Below, in pieces: positions 38,512 to 52,514 of a DNA stretch of 64,000 nucleotides. The notes beneath the pieces were generated by a model. The model was not told the origin of the DNA and made no database searches. It was given only the letters and a program-made list of their open reading frames with translations. A program made the translations under genes and the position numbers. The stretch covers positions 224,001 through 288,000 of the forward strand of contig CAWDTA010000005.1 of the NCBI GenBank assembly GCA_963805085.1, written 5' to 3'. Origin of the DNA: an uncultured Veillonellaceae bacterium. GTDB lineage: Bacteria; Bacillota; Negativicutes; JARBTT01. Numbering within the stretch: the stretch's first letter is position 1; each line of letters begins with the position of its first letter.

Positions 38512-39729
38512 ATGTTCTTGATTAATCGAAATTTTGGGCTACTTTGGTTTGGGCAGTTAGTTTCGCAGTTAGGTGATAAAGCGTATAACATTGCGCTGAT
38601 GTGGTGGTTGTTTGAGAAAACTAAATCACCATTTTTTGTTAGTTCTTATCTTGTTGCATCAATGCTGCCGGAGTTGATCTTTGGTCCAGTGGCTGGGGTG
38701 TATATTGATCGCTGGAACAAAAAGAAAATATTAGTTGTATCTGATATAGTTCGAGGAATTGTTGTTTTAGCGCTTGCTGTTCTTTATCAGTTGAATCTTT
38801 TAGAAATATGTCATATCTATATAGCGGCACTCTGTATATCTCTATGTGTTGCGTTATTTAATCCAACGGCAATGTCGGTTATACCGGTCATTGTTGAAAA
38901 AGGCAAACTCCAGCAAGCAAATGCTATGAGTCAAATGGTAACAGGGGGCGTATCGATAATCGGCCCATTATTAGGGGCTTCTAGTGTTGCTTTAATAGGA
39001 TATGTAGGAGTGCTCGTATTTAATGGGATTTCTTATATTATATCAGGAGTATGCGAGGTTTTTTTGCGGATACACACAATAGAAAAACAGACTAAGGAAT
39101 CGGTTTTTGCTAGTTTGATGCAAGGTTTTCATTATATTAGGACAGATGTGCGGGTGTCTGTAATTGTAGTTGTGATTGCTATCGTTCATGTATTTGTCGG
39201 AAGTATTGTAGTTATTATGCCTTTTGTTGCCAATTTATTGGTTGGAAACGAGCTCAATAATTTAGGAGTACTACAAGCTGCCATTGGTCTTGGGATGATT
39301 GTTGGGGCGGTATACATATCAAAATATGTACGTAAAATTTTTAATGAATTATATCTCTTTTACGCTATTATGTGCATGGGGTTAGGAATTTTAACACTTG
39401 GAGTACTACAGTTAATGCAGGTTCAGTTACTAGTTTTTTATGCAATAGTTTGCACAATGATAGGTTTTTGTATAGCTGTTGCAAGTGTGTTTTGGCGGAC
39501 GATCGCTCAGCATTGCGTTCCTAAAGAAATGACTGGACGAGTTTTTAGTGTATTTTCTACGACAGGCAATATTTCTTTACCTATTTCGATTGGAGCATTC
39601 GGAATATTCTTGAACTATATCAACTCTGCATCGTTATTAGCTTTAACAGGAGCTTGCCTAATCATCATTGGAATAGTACTGTTATATAAGAAACAAAAAA
39701 TTTTTAATGGTACTTTAAACAAGGGATAA
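38512..39729 (+). CDS. MFS efflux transporter (DHA3/MefA-like)
   Basis: NFGLLWFGQLVSQLGD, motif A GVYIDRWNKK, MTGRVFS; about 12 TM. Confidence 0.9.
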   Translation: MFLINRNFGLLWFGQLVSQLGDKAYNIALMWWLFEKTKSPFFVSSYLVASMLPELIFGPVAGVYIDRWNKKKILVVSDIVRGIVVLALAVLYQLNLLEICHIYIAALCISLCVALFNPTAMSVIPVIVEKGKLQQANAMSQMVTGGVSIIGPLLGASSVALIGYVGVLVFNGISYIISGVCEVFLRIHTIEKQTKESVFASLMQGFHYIRTDVRVSVIVVVIAIVHVFVGSIVVIMPFVANLLVGNELNNLGVLQAAIGLGMIVGAVYISKYVRKIFNELYLFYAIMCMGLGILTLGVLQLMQVQLLVFYAIVCTMIGFCIAVASVFWRTIAQHCVPKEMTGRVFSVFSTTGNISLPISIGAFGIFLNYINSASLLALTGACLIIIGIVLLYKKQKIFNGTLNKG

Positions 39730-39815
39730 AGAGAAGGTGGGGAGAATGATTGTCCCTCCACTGAGTAAATTGTTTTTCATTTTTGTCAAAGTATTTTGAG
39801 AAAGGCAGTGGAGAG

Positions 39816-40343
39816 ATGGTAGCTTCAATTGGCCAACTCGCAGGTAAATTTAATTTATCGCGGAGTACATTACTTTATTATGATTCGATTGGTATATTAT
39901 CGCCTGCTAAAAGGAGCAACAACAATTATCGTGTATATTCTGAAGAAGAGTGTCATCGTTTGGAGCAAATAGCTATTTATCGCAGAGCAGGTTTGTCCCT
40001 TCAAGAGATAAAAGAAATATTAGACGGTACAAAATGTGCTGCAGTAATTAATTTGGAGGCAAAATTGGAAGAATTAAATGAAGAAATTGCTATATTAAGG
40101 CAGCAACAGTATTTTATTATTAACCTTTTGCAGGATCATCGACTTTTGGACAGGGTGAGTACAATTCAAAAGGATTCATTTGTCGGGGTGTTACAGTCCG
40201 CCGGGATCAATGATAAGGCTATGTGGAAACTTCATAATCAATTCGAAAAGCAATTCCCAGAGAAGCATGAAACTTTTCTGCAACTTCTTGGGTTAACTAC
40301 TGAACAAGTTGGAGAAATTAGGCGGTGGTCGCGAGAGGCGTAA
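39816..40343 (+). CDS. MerR family transcriptional regulator
   Basis: SIGQLA..LSRSTLLYYDSIGIL..NNYRVY..GLSLQEIK. Confidence 0.92.
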   Translation: MVASIGQLAGKFNLSRSTLLYYDSIGILSPAKRSNNNYRVYSEEECHRLEQIAIYRRAGLSLQEIKEILDGTKCAAVINLEAKLEELNEEIAILRQQQYFIINLLQDHRLLDRVSTIQKDSFVGVLQSAGINDKAMWKLHNQFEKQFPEKHETFLQLLGLTTEQVGEIRRWSREA

Positions 40344-40583
40344 GAGTGGAGGGAATGTCAATAACTAATAAAAATCCGAATCTTTATTAGTTATTATGGC
40401 TTCGCAAATATAATTACTCATAGAAAAAATATTAGTCATATAATCGGTATTTTTTTATTTGAAATACAAAATAATAATAGTTATGTAATAAAAATCAACA
40501 ACTTATTTATACAAGTGAAGTAAATCATGATATAATTTACAGCTGAGTGTATATTTATATTTTCTAGTTTAGGAGGATTTATT

Positions 40584-41963
40584 GTGAATATTTTTCGTAC
40601 TAAAGGTCTTGAAGTATTAAAAAAAGAGGCAGCGACTACTTCTTTGCACAGATCATTAGGTGCTTTAGATGTTGTTTTGCTAGGCGTAGGGGTTATCATT
40701 GGTACAGGTATTTTTGTACTGACTGGTCTTGCTGCCGCAAAATATGCTGGACCTGGTTTAATGCTATCCTTCGTTATTGCCAGTGTGACTTGCGCTTTTG
40801 TCAGCTTGGCTTATGCAGAGCTTGCTTCGATGGTACCGGTATCGGGAAGTGCCTATACGTATACATATGCTTCTTTGGGAGAATTCATTGCCTGGTTAGT
40901 AGGTTGGAATTTAATTTTGGAATATACTGTTGGGGCTAGTGCCGTTGCAGGCGGCTGGTCAGCGTATATGGCTGGCTTACTAAAATCTGGTGGAGTTGAA
41001 TTGCCAAAAGCTTTAACTGCTGTGCCAGCAGATGGCGGGATTGTTAACTTACCAGCTATGTTGATTACGTTATTTTTAACTTATTTATTAGTACTTGGGA
41101 TCAAAGCAAGTACGACAGTTAATAAAGTGTTAGTTGCCGTTAAGTTTATTGCGATCTTTACCTTTCTGTTATTAGCGGGTCCAAAAGTTGACGTTACAAA
41201 CTGGACACCGTTTATGCCATTCGGTTTTGCTGGTGTTTCCGCTGGGGCTGCGGTTATTTTCTTTGCGTATCTTGGCTTTGATGCCGTTGCAACAGCAGCT
41301 GAGGAAACGCGCAATCCAAAACGCGATATGCCAATTGGTATTATCGGTTCGCTTGCTATTTGTACGGTTTTATATATCGCAGTATCTGGGGTTATGACAG
41401 GCGTCGTGAGTTACACAGAGCTTGATAATGCTGAACCAGTTGCCTACGTGCTACGAACCATTGGCTATAATTTTGGTTCTGCTGTCGTGGGGACCGGGGC
41501 GATTGCAGGTCTAACAACAGTTTTATTGGTTATGATTTATGCACAAACGAGAGCATTTTTTGCGATGTCACGTGATGGACTCATTCCAGCTGGCATTTGT
41601 AAAGTTCATCCGAAATATGGTACGCCTCATGTTATCACGATGATTGTTGGGGTTATCATTGCAATTATTAGTGGTTTTACACCGATTCATATTGTTGCAG
41701 AAATGTGTAGTAGTGGGACTTTATTTGCGTTCGTTATTGCTTCTATTGGTGTTGTTGTTATGCGTCGTCGGTATCCAGAGGCAGACCGTCCTTTCAAGTG
41801 TCCAGCAGTGAATGTGATTGCTAGCCTAGCAATCATTTCTTGTCTTTACGTTATGAGCAACTTATCGAGTATGACAATAGAAAGATTTTTCGTTTGGAGT
41901 ATCATTGGCTGTGTGATTTATTTCATGTATGGTTATTCACACAGTAGATTAAATCACAAATAG
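40584..41963 (+). CDS. APC-family amino acid permease (YfnA/CAT-like)
   Basis: IIGTGIFVLTG, YAELAS..GSAYTY, FFAYLGFD, AEETRNP, AMSRDGLIP. Confidence 0.93.
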   Translation: MNIFRTKGLEVLKKEAATTSLHRSLGALDVVLLGVGVIIGTGIFVLTGLAAAKYAGPGLMLSFVIASVTCAFVSLAYAELASMVPVSGSAYTYTYASLGEFIAWLVGWNLILEYTVGASAVAGGWSAYMAGLLKSGGVELPKALTAVPADGGIVNLPAMLITLFLTYLLVLGIKASTTVNKVLVAVKFIAIFTFLLLAGPKVDVTNWTPFMPFGFAGVSAGAAVIFFAYLGFDAVATAAEETRNPKRDMPIGIIGSLAICTVLYIAVSGVMTGVVSYTELDNAEPVAYVLRTIGYNFGSAVVGTGAIAGLTTVLLVMIYAQTRAFFAMSRDGLIPAGICKVHPKYGTPHVITMIVGVIIAIISGFTPIHIVAEMCSSGTLFAFVIASIGVVVMRRRYPEADRPFKCPAVNVIASLAIISCLYVMSNLSSMTIERFFVWSIIGCVIYFMYGYSHSRLNHK

Positions 41964-42344
41964 TTAGCTTTTAAGAGAAATCAAGAAAAATCTTTATTTA
42001 AAAGCGACTAAAGTCACAATTATGTGCTTAATAATTTACTTTAGTTATAATATTCTGACAATGTCATAAATGATAATAATATATTATCGTTAAAATAACT
42101 GTATTATATTTACTTTAATTTTGCTTGGGTGTATAATTAATTAATATTTGTTCGTATATAGTGCATAAAAAAACATAACTTCGTCATAAAAATTCAGTTA
42201 TGCATATGATGGTATACGAAGAATTATTTGTTTTATGTAATAGTAATATATGATTTATTGTATGTTACATATTTACAGTAAAAATAGTGTCCCTAAGTGT
42301 ATTTACAGGTTCATTCGCTATACAGTTGTATAGTAATTTTGTAA

Positions 42345-45879
<3,535 letters not shown>

Positions 45880-45891
45880 GCGTACTAATAG

Positions 45892-45932
45892 AAAAAGGTT
45901 AGTGTACATTTATTGTTACACTAACCTTTTTT
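45892..45932 (+). terminator. Terminator after PFOR
   Basis: AAAAAGGTTAGTGT/ACACTAACCTTTTTT. Confidence 0.8.
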
Positions 45933-46164
45933 GTATGTAAAAAACACCTGCTAGGGATAGTGCAGGTGTTTTTAGAAGGGTGTTTTTATATGGTTGTCGT
46001 TTTGAGTGTATAGTGAAAAGTTTAGTTTAGGCGAACCAAATTTTCACTACATCTGAGTGTTTATATAATATATAGGTTGTCTACAAGAGTTATTTTATAA
46101 TAAATTGCTGTTATTGTCTTGATGCGTTAATACAGTTTTATAATGGTTATTTTTGTAGAAATGT

Positions 46165-48283
46165 TTATTCTGATTTTGATCGGTTAAATTTTTTAACGAG
46201 TGCATAGAGACAACCCAGAGTAATGAGTGAGCACCCTAGCCATACAAGAGGTTTAAAACTAATTTCTATATCAATGCTTGGCTGTTTATCTGGTTCTATT
46301 TTTGTAAGCTCTAGACGTGCCTAACACCAATAAGAGAGAGGTTATAAGTATTATTTAGTATTTTTACAGGAATGGACTTAAATTGACCGTTACCGTTGAT
46401 CATTTCAAGCAAGACGGTTTCTGTCATTTGATCATTTTTTACTTCAAGTGATACTTTTACTTTTATGTTCTCCATATTCGCATTATTTCGATCCATAACG
46501 ATATCGGTTAGATTAAGCGTGAGACTATCTTCTGTAACGTAGTGCCCTTGTTTTACTGTCATTGTGCTACTTTCTTGTTCATGTTTGTGTGCTGGAGCAA
46601 AATAGAAATCGCCAGTAAAAGCTTTGTATATAGCAGGTTCTCTGGCAGCATCATCGCCAGTTGCGCTTAGCTTGGTTAGTGCTTTTAAGGTCGTATTTTC
46701 ATTGATAAGTTCAAATAATTGATGCTTTTCACGTGTTTCTATTGAAATGGTTTCACCGAGATATTTTACGTCGTAGCCAAAGATTGATTTTGTTTCGTTA
46801 TTTTCAAAGCTAACGGATTTTGTTTGGTTGCCAGCGGAAGAAAAAATAATACCAGCAAACATGATCCCAAACCCAACATGTGCAATTGCCGCAGGACAAG
46901 CGAGCCATTTATAATAGAGAATGTTAGTAAGTATCGCTGTGAAAGCGAAGATGACAGCAATGATACAAAGTGGATTATAGATTTGATAGAGTATACAAAT
47001 AACAATGGCTACTATTGTAGGAATGACAAGATACCAATATTTACGTAAAGTAAAATTTTCTGATTGTAACCATTTTAGCACTGGACTTAATGTAACTAGC
47101 GCTAAGATGATGATGGTCAGTGGTAAAGAAGAAGTATTATAAAAATCAATATTTACATTTTGCGGACTACCTAAGAATTTACTGATGAGTGGTGTTGACA
47201 TGCCAATGAGAATCAGACTCGCAAGTGCCATAAAAGCGATTACTCCAGCTGTGATGATAAATTCACGACTATGAAATTTATTATAAATAGGAGCACTGTA
47301 GATGGAGGGCCATTTGATCGACAAGATCAATGAGGCTACAACTGTCACAAGGATGAAGAGAGTTGCCATAGTACCAGCGGTACCGTCTTCACTAAAAGAG
47401 TGTACAGAAAAATCACTAAGTACACCACTTCGTGTTAAGAAATTGCCGTAGAGCACGAGCAGAAAGCTGAAAATTGACATAAAGTAAGTAAGTTTAAAGG
47501 CCCCAGGTTTTACTCTAGCTGTGATGAATAAATGAACCAGAGCGCAGCTTGTAAGCCAAGGAACGAGCGAAGAGTTTTCTACAGGGTCCCAGCCCCAATA
47601 ACCGTCCCAACCTAGCGTTTTATATGCCCAGTATCCACCGATGAAGATACCAGCACCTAAAAAACTCCAAGAGCAAAGGGTCCATGGTAATGCTTTCGCC
47701 ATCCATTCTTTATGATTGCCAGTAAAGCATAAGCAAAAGGAATAGCAAGTGTTGCATAACCGATAAAAATAATTGATGGATGAATCACCATCCAAGGATC
47801 TTGTAACAGTGGATTTAAGCCCATACCATTTGCTACATGGCCAGCTTGCAACATAAATGGGTTTTTTAACATTAATAATATAGCGAGTACGGCCTGAATT
47901 ACAACGTAAGCGATAAAAGCAGGCGGTGCCATTTTTTTTGTGCGTTCAAAGTAAAGGCCAATTAAAGCATGAATTAAGATCCAAAGTAAAAATGAACCTT
48001 CTTGTCCAGCCCAAAAAGCTGCTACTTTATAAGCGAGTGGTAGTTCTTTGGAAGAAAAACTCCAAACATACGTATATTGAAATTGGTCGGTTAGAATGAC
48101 ATACATGAAGAAAATGCTGGCAAATATAATGAAAATACCAGACAATTGATAGCAAAATGATCCTAAGTTGAATTTTGAGGTAGAAACTTTTTTGGATTGC
48201 TCCTTGGAATAATGACTGATAAAAGAAAAAGCAGCGATAATCACTGTAATTAAAGCTAAAAATAAACTAATGACACCGATCAT
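46165..48283 (-). pseudogene. ccmF: Cytochrome c biogenesis heme lyase CcmF/NrfE, two frameshifts
   Basis: WAGQEGS, GLNPLLQDPWMVIHP, WAY..LGWDGYWGWDPVEN, FLTRSG..SVHSF; breaks near 47720 and 46320; tail ISFKPLVWLG in another frame ending at 46165. Confidence 0.9.
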
Positions 48284-48657
48284 GATTTAGGTTCTCCTTT
48301 GCGTTCATACTTAGATGGACATTTCACCAATAATTTTTCAGCGATAAATTTATCATTGTTATATTTGCCAACAGCAACGATGCTTTCGGCGTGTTCGAAG
48401 TTATCAGGTTTACTCCCTTTATATGTAACCAGTACCTTTTCGCCGCTGTCATCACGAAGAAAGAAGTTTAACTGTTTATTATCATAAGTAATAGAGTTAT
48501 CATCTTTGAGTAAAGTACCTTTGATTTGCACGGTACTATTTAAAGATTTTGCTTCTGCGAAACCCACATAAGGATTGAGTGAACTGGAAAATTGGGACAA
48601 GCAGTAGGCTCCAAATAAAACAATCGCAATTGCGATCATAAAATGACGTTTTCTCAT
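48280..48657 (-). CDS. ccmE: Heme chaperone CcmE (CxxxY variant)
   Basis: N-terminal TM, KPDNF, LLVKCPSKY. Confidence 0.9.
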   Translation of the reverse strand: MRKRHFMIAIAIVLFGAYCLSQFSSSLNPYVGFAEAKSLNSTVQIKGTLLKDDNSITYDNKQLNFFLRDDSGEKVLVTYKGSKPDNFEHAESIVAVGKYNNDKFIAEKLLVKCPSKYERKGEPKS

Positions 48658-49301
48658 GAGAGTTCACTACTTTCTTTTAAAAAGTCTTGCTGTTTCTTTT
48701 TATGAAGTAAGATGCGTAAAAATATCAAAGTACAGTTGAGTAAAGCAGCAACCAACACATATACCATAATATTGTCCATATCAATTTTGCCAGAACTATT
48801 AAGAACTGGCTCTGGGTGAAGGGTAAAATAGTAACGTGGAATGATAAATACTAAAAAGGGAACGGTAATACACGAGAGTAGGGAGTATACAGCAGACAAT
48901 TTTGCCCGTGTTTCTTCATCTTCAATCGCACTACGTAAAGTTGTATAAGCTCCATAGATCAGTAATAATATAAAAATAGTGATTTGACGTGGATCCCAGT
49001 TCCAATAGGCTCCCCAAGTTAATTTAGCAAAAATAGCACCACTGATCGTTGCCAGTAAACAAAATGCTAAACCTAGATAAGCAGAACGAGCGCACAAGTA
49101 ATCATATTTTAAATTTTTTGTTTTGAGGTAGCGAAATGCATACCAAGCTGATAGTAAAAACGCGAGAACAGAAACCCATGCGACAGGAATATGAAAAAAT
49201 GCAATGCGAACTAAACTGCCTAAGCCCTCGGTCGGTGGAACTAAATAAAAAATGGCCCATAGTACGCTAAATGTAAATAATGTTAATAAATAATTTAACA
49301 T
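48654..49301 (-). CDS. ccmC: Heme exporter/cytochrome c assembly protein CcmC
   Basis: FFHIPVAW, WGAYWNWDPR (WWD motif), TLHP. Confidence 0.9.
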   Translation of the reverse strand: MLNYLLTLFTFSVLWAIFYLVPPTEGLGSLVRIAFFHIPVAWVSVLAFLLSAWYAFRYLKTKNLKYDYLCARSAYLGLAFCLLATISGAIFAKLTWGAYWNWDPRQITIFILLLIYGAYTTLRSAIEDEETRAKLSAVYSLLSCITVPFLVFIIPRYYFTLHPEPVLNSSGKIDMDNIMVYVLVAALLNCTLIFLRILLHKKKQQDFLKESSELS

Positions 49302-49313
49302 GAATGTATCTCC

Positions 49314-49991
49314 TTACTCATACCAAATATAATCGAACAATATAGACGAAACGCCGATTAGAATCATATCGTAAGCACCGATAAAAAACAATTGGTTACC
49401 GCCAGTAAAAACACTATTTTCAATCGCCAATTCCGTTAATTGAATAACAATTAAAAATAAAGGTAATAAAATAGGAAATGTTAATACGGTAAAAAGCGAA
49501 CCTTTACTTTGTGTATTTACTACTAGTGCTGCGGTAAGTGTAGAAATTGTTGCCATACCAGTATTGCCAAGGATTAAAATGATGATGAGGTAACCTAAAG
49601 AAGTGATATCAACATTTAATAAGATAACAAATAGAGGTAATAAACAGATAGCTAAACTATTTAGTAGTAAAATATTGTAGATCAGTTTACCAAATAAAAT
49701 AATTTGCGGATGGCCATAAATTTTTAATGTATGGATTGTACCAGTTTCATGTTCTTGAATAAAAACGCGAGACATCCCAGCCATTGCTGAAAAAAATAAA
49801 ATGATCCATAAAAGTATCGCAAGGAGCTTAGTTGATAAATTCATACTACCAATCGCCATACTAACACTTGCCAATGTTGTTAGAGAAAACATCGCTAGCG
49901 TGCCGATGGAGTAACGCGTGCGAAACTCAGTTCTTACTTCTTTTTTTAGCACGAGACTAATTTTTTGTAAGGTTGAATAAATTTCCTGCAT
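49314..49991 (-). CDS. ccmB: Heme exporter protein CcmB
   Basis: KKEVRTEFR, EHETGT, LFGKL, LTFPILLP; position in ccm operon. Confidence 0.88.
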   Translation of the reverse strand: MQEIYSTLQKISLVLKKEVRTEFRTRYSIGTLAMFSLTTLASVSMAIGSMNLSTKLLAILLWIILFFSAMAGMSRVFIQEHETGTIHTLKIYGHPQIILFGKLIYNILLLNSLAICLLPLFVILLNVDITSLGYLIIILILGNTGMATISTLTAALVVNTQSKGSLFTVLTFPILLPLFLIVIQLTELAIENSVFTGGNQLFFIGAYDMILIGVSSILFDYIWYE

Positions 49992-50583
49992 AACTTACCT
50001 CCAAGGGATCATTTGTTGCAATGATGATTGTTTTCTTTCTGGTTAGACCTTCCGTAATACATCTACCAACAAGATCACGACCTTCTTCATCAAGATTAGA
50101 GGACGGTTCATCAAGTAACCATACAGGTTGGTCTGATGCAAGTAAAACTGCAAGCTTCAGTCGTTGCTTCATACCAGTTGAAAAGGTTTTTACTAAACTT
50201 TCTTTTTCATCAGCGAGACCTACCGAGTTTAAAACTTCAGGAAATAGATCAGTGGCGTGTTCGTGATTCACGATGCCAGTAAAGAATTGAACATTTTCAC
50301 GAGCCGTTAAATTCTCATACATACACATTTCTGGTGACACCATCCCGATGTAAGTTCGGTAATCATTCATAGAAATTGGCATATGTTCTTTTAATGGGAC
50401 AATTTTACCTGTCGTTGGGTTTAAGATACCAGCAATGATTTTTAGCAAAGTAGATTTCCCCGAGCCATTATTACCAGTAATACAAGTGCAATTACCAGAT
50501 ACTATTGTGCCAGTTAAATTTTGATAAAGGGTTTTATTTCCATAACGTTTGTTTATATCAAACAATCCGATTTCAATGCTCAT
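49957..50583 (-). CDS. ccmA: Heme exporter ATP-binding protein CcmA
   Basis: GNNGSGKSTLL, FSTGMKQRL, WLLDEP; GGGAGG RBS. Confidence 0.88.
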   Translation of the reverse strand: MSIEIGLFDINKRYGNKTLYQNLTGTIVSGNCTCITGNNGSGKSTLLKIIAGILNPTTGKIVPLKEHMPISMNDYRTYIGMVSPEMCMYENLTARENVQFFTGIVNHEHATDLFPEVLNSVGLADEKESLVKTFSTGMKQRLKLAVLLASDQPVWLLDEPSSNLDEEGRDLVGRCITEGLTRKKTIIIATNDPLEVSYAGNLFNLTKN

Positions 50584-50733
50584 TTTTTCACCTCCCAATA
50601 AATCCAGATAAGACCATTCCTTAAAAAAGATATGGTCTTATCTGGATACCTACTACTTAATCAAAAACAACGAATGATATGAAGCAAGCGCCATGATCAA
50701 TATTCTGTCATTGGTAATCAGCATGATATGAAT

Positions 50734-50955
50734 TTATTTTTCCGTTGCTGCTTTTTGAATTGTTTCCGTAGTAGGAGTTGTTGTAGATTCTGCTACAACT
50801 TCTTTTGATTCTGGATTTGGTTCATTGATTGCATTGCGCAATTCTCCAATGCTTCTACCAAGGAATTTACCAACCTCAGGTAATTTACCGGGACCAAAAA
50901 CTACAAGACCAATGACCGCGATAAGAGTAATTTCAGGCACACCTAAGCCGAACAT
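50734..50955 (-). CDS. tatA: Twin-arginine translocase TatA
   Basis: MFGLGVPE..LVVFGPGKLPEVGKFLGRSIGE. Confidence 0.93.
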   Translation of the reverse strand: MFGLGVPEITLIAVIGLVVFGPGKLPEVGKFLGRSIGELRNAINEPNPESKEVVAESTTTPTTETIQKAATEK

Positions 50956-51086
50956 GACATACGCACTTCCTTTTCAAAAATAATTATATGACATAATTAT
51001 TCAAAATTTTAAATTAGTTATGATAATCATATGAGTAAACATGTTGATTTTTGTAGAAATAATCAAATGGAATATTTCTACAAAAT

Positions 51087-51608
51087 TTATTTTTCCCAGT
51101 TAGAAGGTAGTTTTTTCATCCATTCGAATTCATGACATTGCGAGCAAGTCGTTTTTGATTTTCTATGCATACTATGACAATCCGAACATACCAAATCGCC
51201 CATATGAGAATCATGAGGATTTTGTTCTCCAAATTGAGTTTTTGCTTTGATTTTCTAAATATCATGGCATTTTAAGCAAGTTGCATTATCCAATTTGTGT
51301 TTTCCCATAGGATCATCAAAATCGTCTGTTACATAAGCAATCCCTTCACTTATTTTTTCTGAAATTGTTTTGTTATGACAGTCAATACATTTAATATTTG
51401 CTTTATTGTGGTCATGTGCCAATAAGTCACTGCCTAGATAACCATCTACGTATGGTTGAATATTATGACAGCTTCCACAAAATGCAGGATTGGCACTTGC
51501 TTGTTTCATTGCAAAGGAGCCAATACCAATTAATACAACTAAAGCAACTGCTACAACCAAAGGTCTACGTTTTATAAAGTCTAGTGTTGTTAATAAAAAA
51601 CTTTTCAT
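51087..51608 (-). pseudogene. Membrane-anchored pentaheme c-type cytochrome interrupted by an in-frame TAG
   Basis: N-terminal TM; CGSCH, CIDCH, CLKCH, TAG at 51255-51257, then in the same frame NPHDSH, CSDCH, CSQCH to TAA at 51087. Confidence 0.88.
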
Positions 51609-51762
51609 GTGTTAATCTTCCTTTCTTATAGATTTTGTTTGCAGAATGATAGCCCAGAATATTCACTCTGCCTAATTATTTTATAATTAATTGTATTTAT
51701 TTGCTTTAGTGATATATACAATAATTCGACAAATTAAAATATTTTAGATGGAGGTAAAATAA

Positions 51763-52479
51763 ATGGAAAAAAACTTTGATACGCAAAAAAGTGGAATTTC
51801 TCGCAGAGGTTTTTTGAAAAATAGCGCGTTAACTGTTGCTGGGGTTGTAAGTTCTAGCCTTTTATTAACGGCTTGTGGTCAGGGGAGAAAAAAAGGCAAA
51901 GAAGAAGCAAGTGATGGTAAAAAAGCAGCGACTAATCAGGAACCAAGTTTCCTGAAAGCACCAGCGCCAATCAAAGATAGTGATATCAAAGAAACAGTAG
52001 AAGCTGATGTCGTTGTTCTCGGTGCAGGTATGGCTGGTCTTTGCGCAGCTATTTCAGCAGCACAGGAAGGCGCAAAGGTTACGTTGATTGAGAAGACACA
52101 AAGTGTAAATTTCCGTAGTTATGACTATGGTGCAATTAACTCAAAAGTACAAAAAGAAGTTGGCATTCAAATCAATCCGTTGGATGTAACACGCGAAATC
52201 ATGAAATTTTCTAGCTATAAAGCAGATCAGGAGGTTGTTGCACAATTTACCAATAATAGCGGACAAGTAAATGACTGGCTACTTGATTTAGCATTAAAAG
52301 CTGGGTGTAAAATTAAACATATTCATACAAAAGAAGAATTGGTTGCGCCAGTATCTACGTTGCCAACTTTTCCAAGCTTGACATTTGTATTGGAGCCGCC
52401 AGATAAGTATGCTTGGACAACTTTTTGCTTAAGTTCAAAACTATATTTTGCCATGAAAAAACAGACCTCCATAAGTTAG
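51763..52479 (+). pseudogene. Tat-exported lipoprotein FAD-dependent reductase (flavocytochrome c/fumarate reductase flavoprotein family), C-terminally truncated
   Basis: SRRGFLK Tat motif, LLTAC lipobox, DVVVLGAGMAGLCAA FAD motif; only 238 aa and runs into the neighbouring terminator. Confidence 0.8.
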
Positions 52480-52508
52480 ATTTAGGTCTAACTTATGGGG
52501 GTCTGTTC
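52456..52508 (-). terminator. Terminator of the glnK-glnL-like operon
   Basis: AACAGACCTCCATAAGTTAGA/TCTAACTTATGGGGGTCTGTT with A6 on + strand (U-tract on minus). Confidence 0.8.
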
Positions 52509-52514
52509 AATTTG

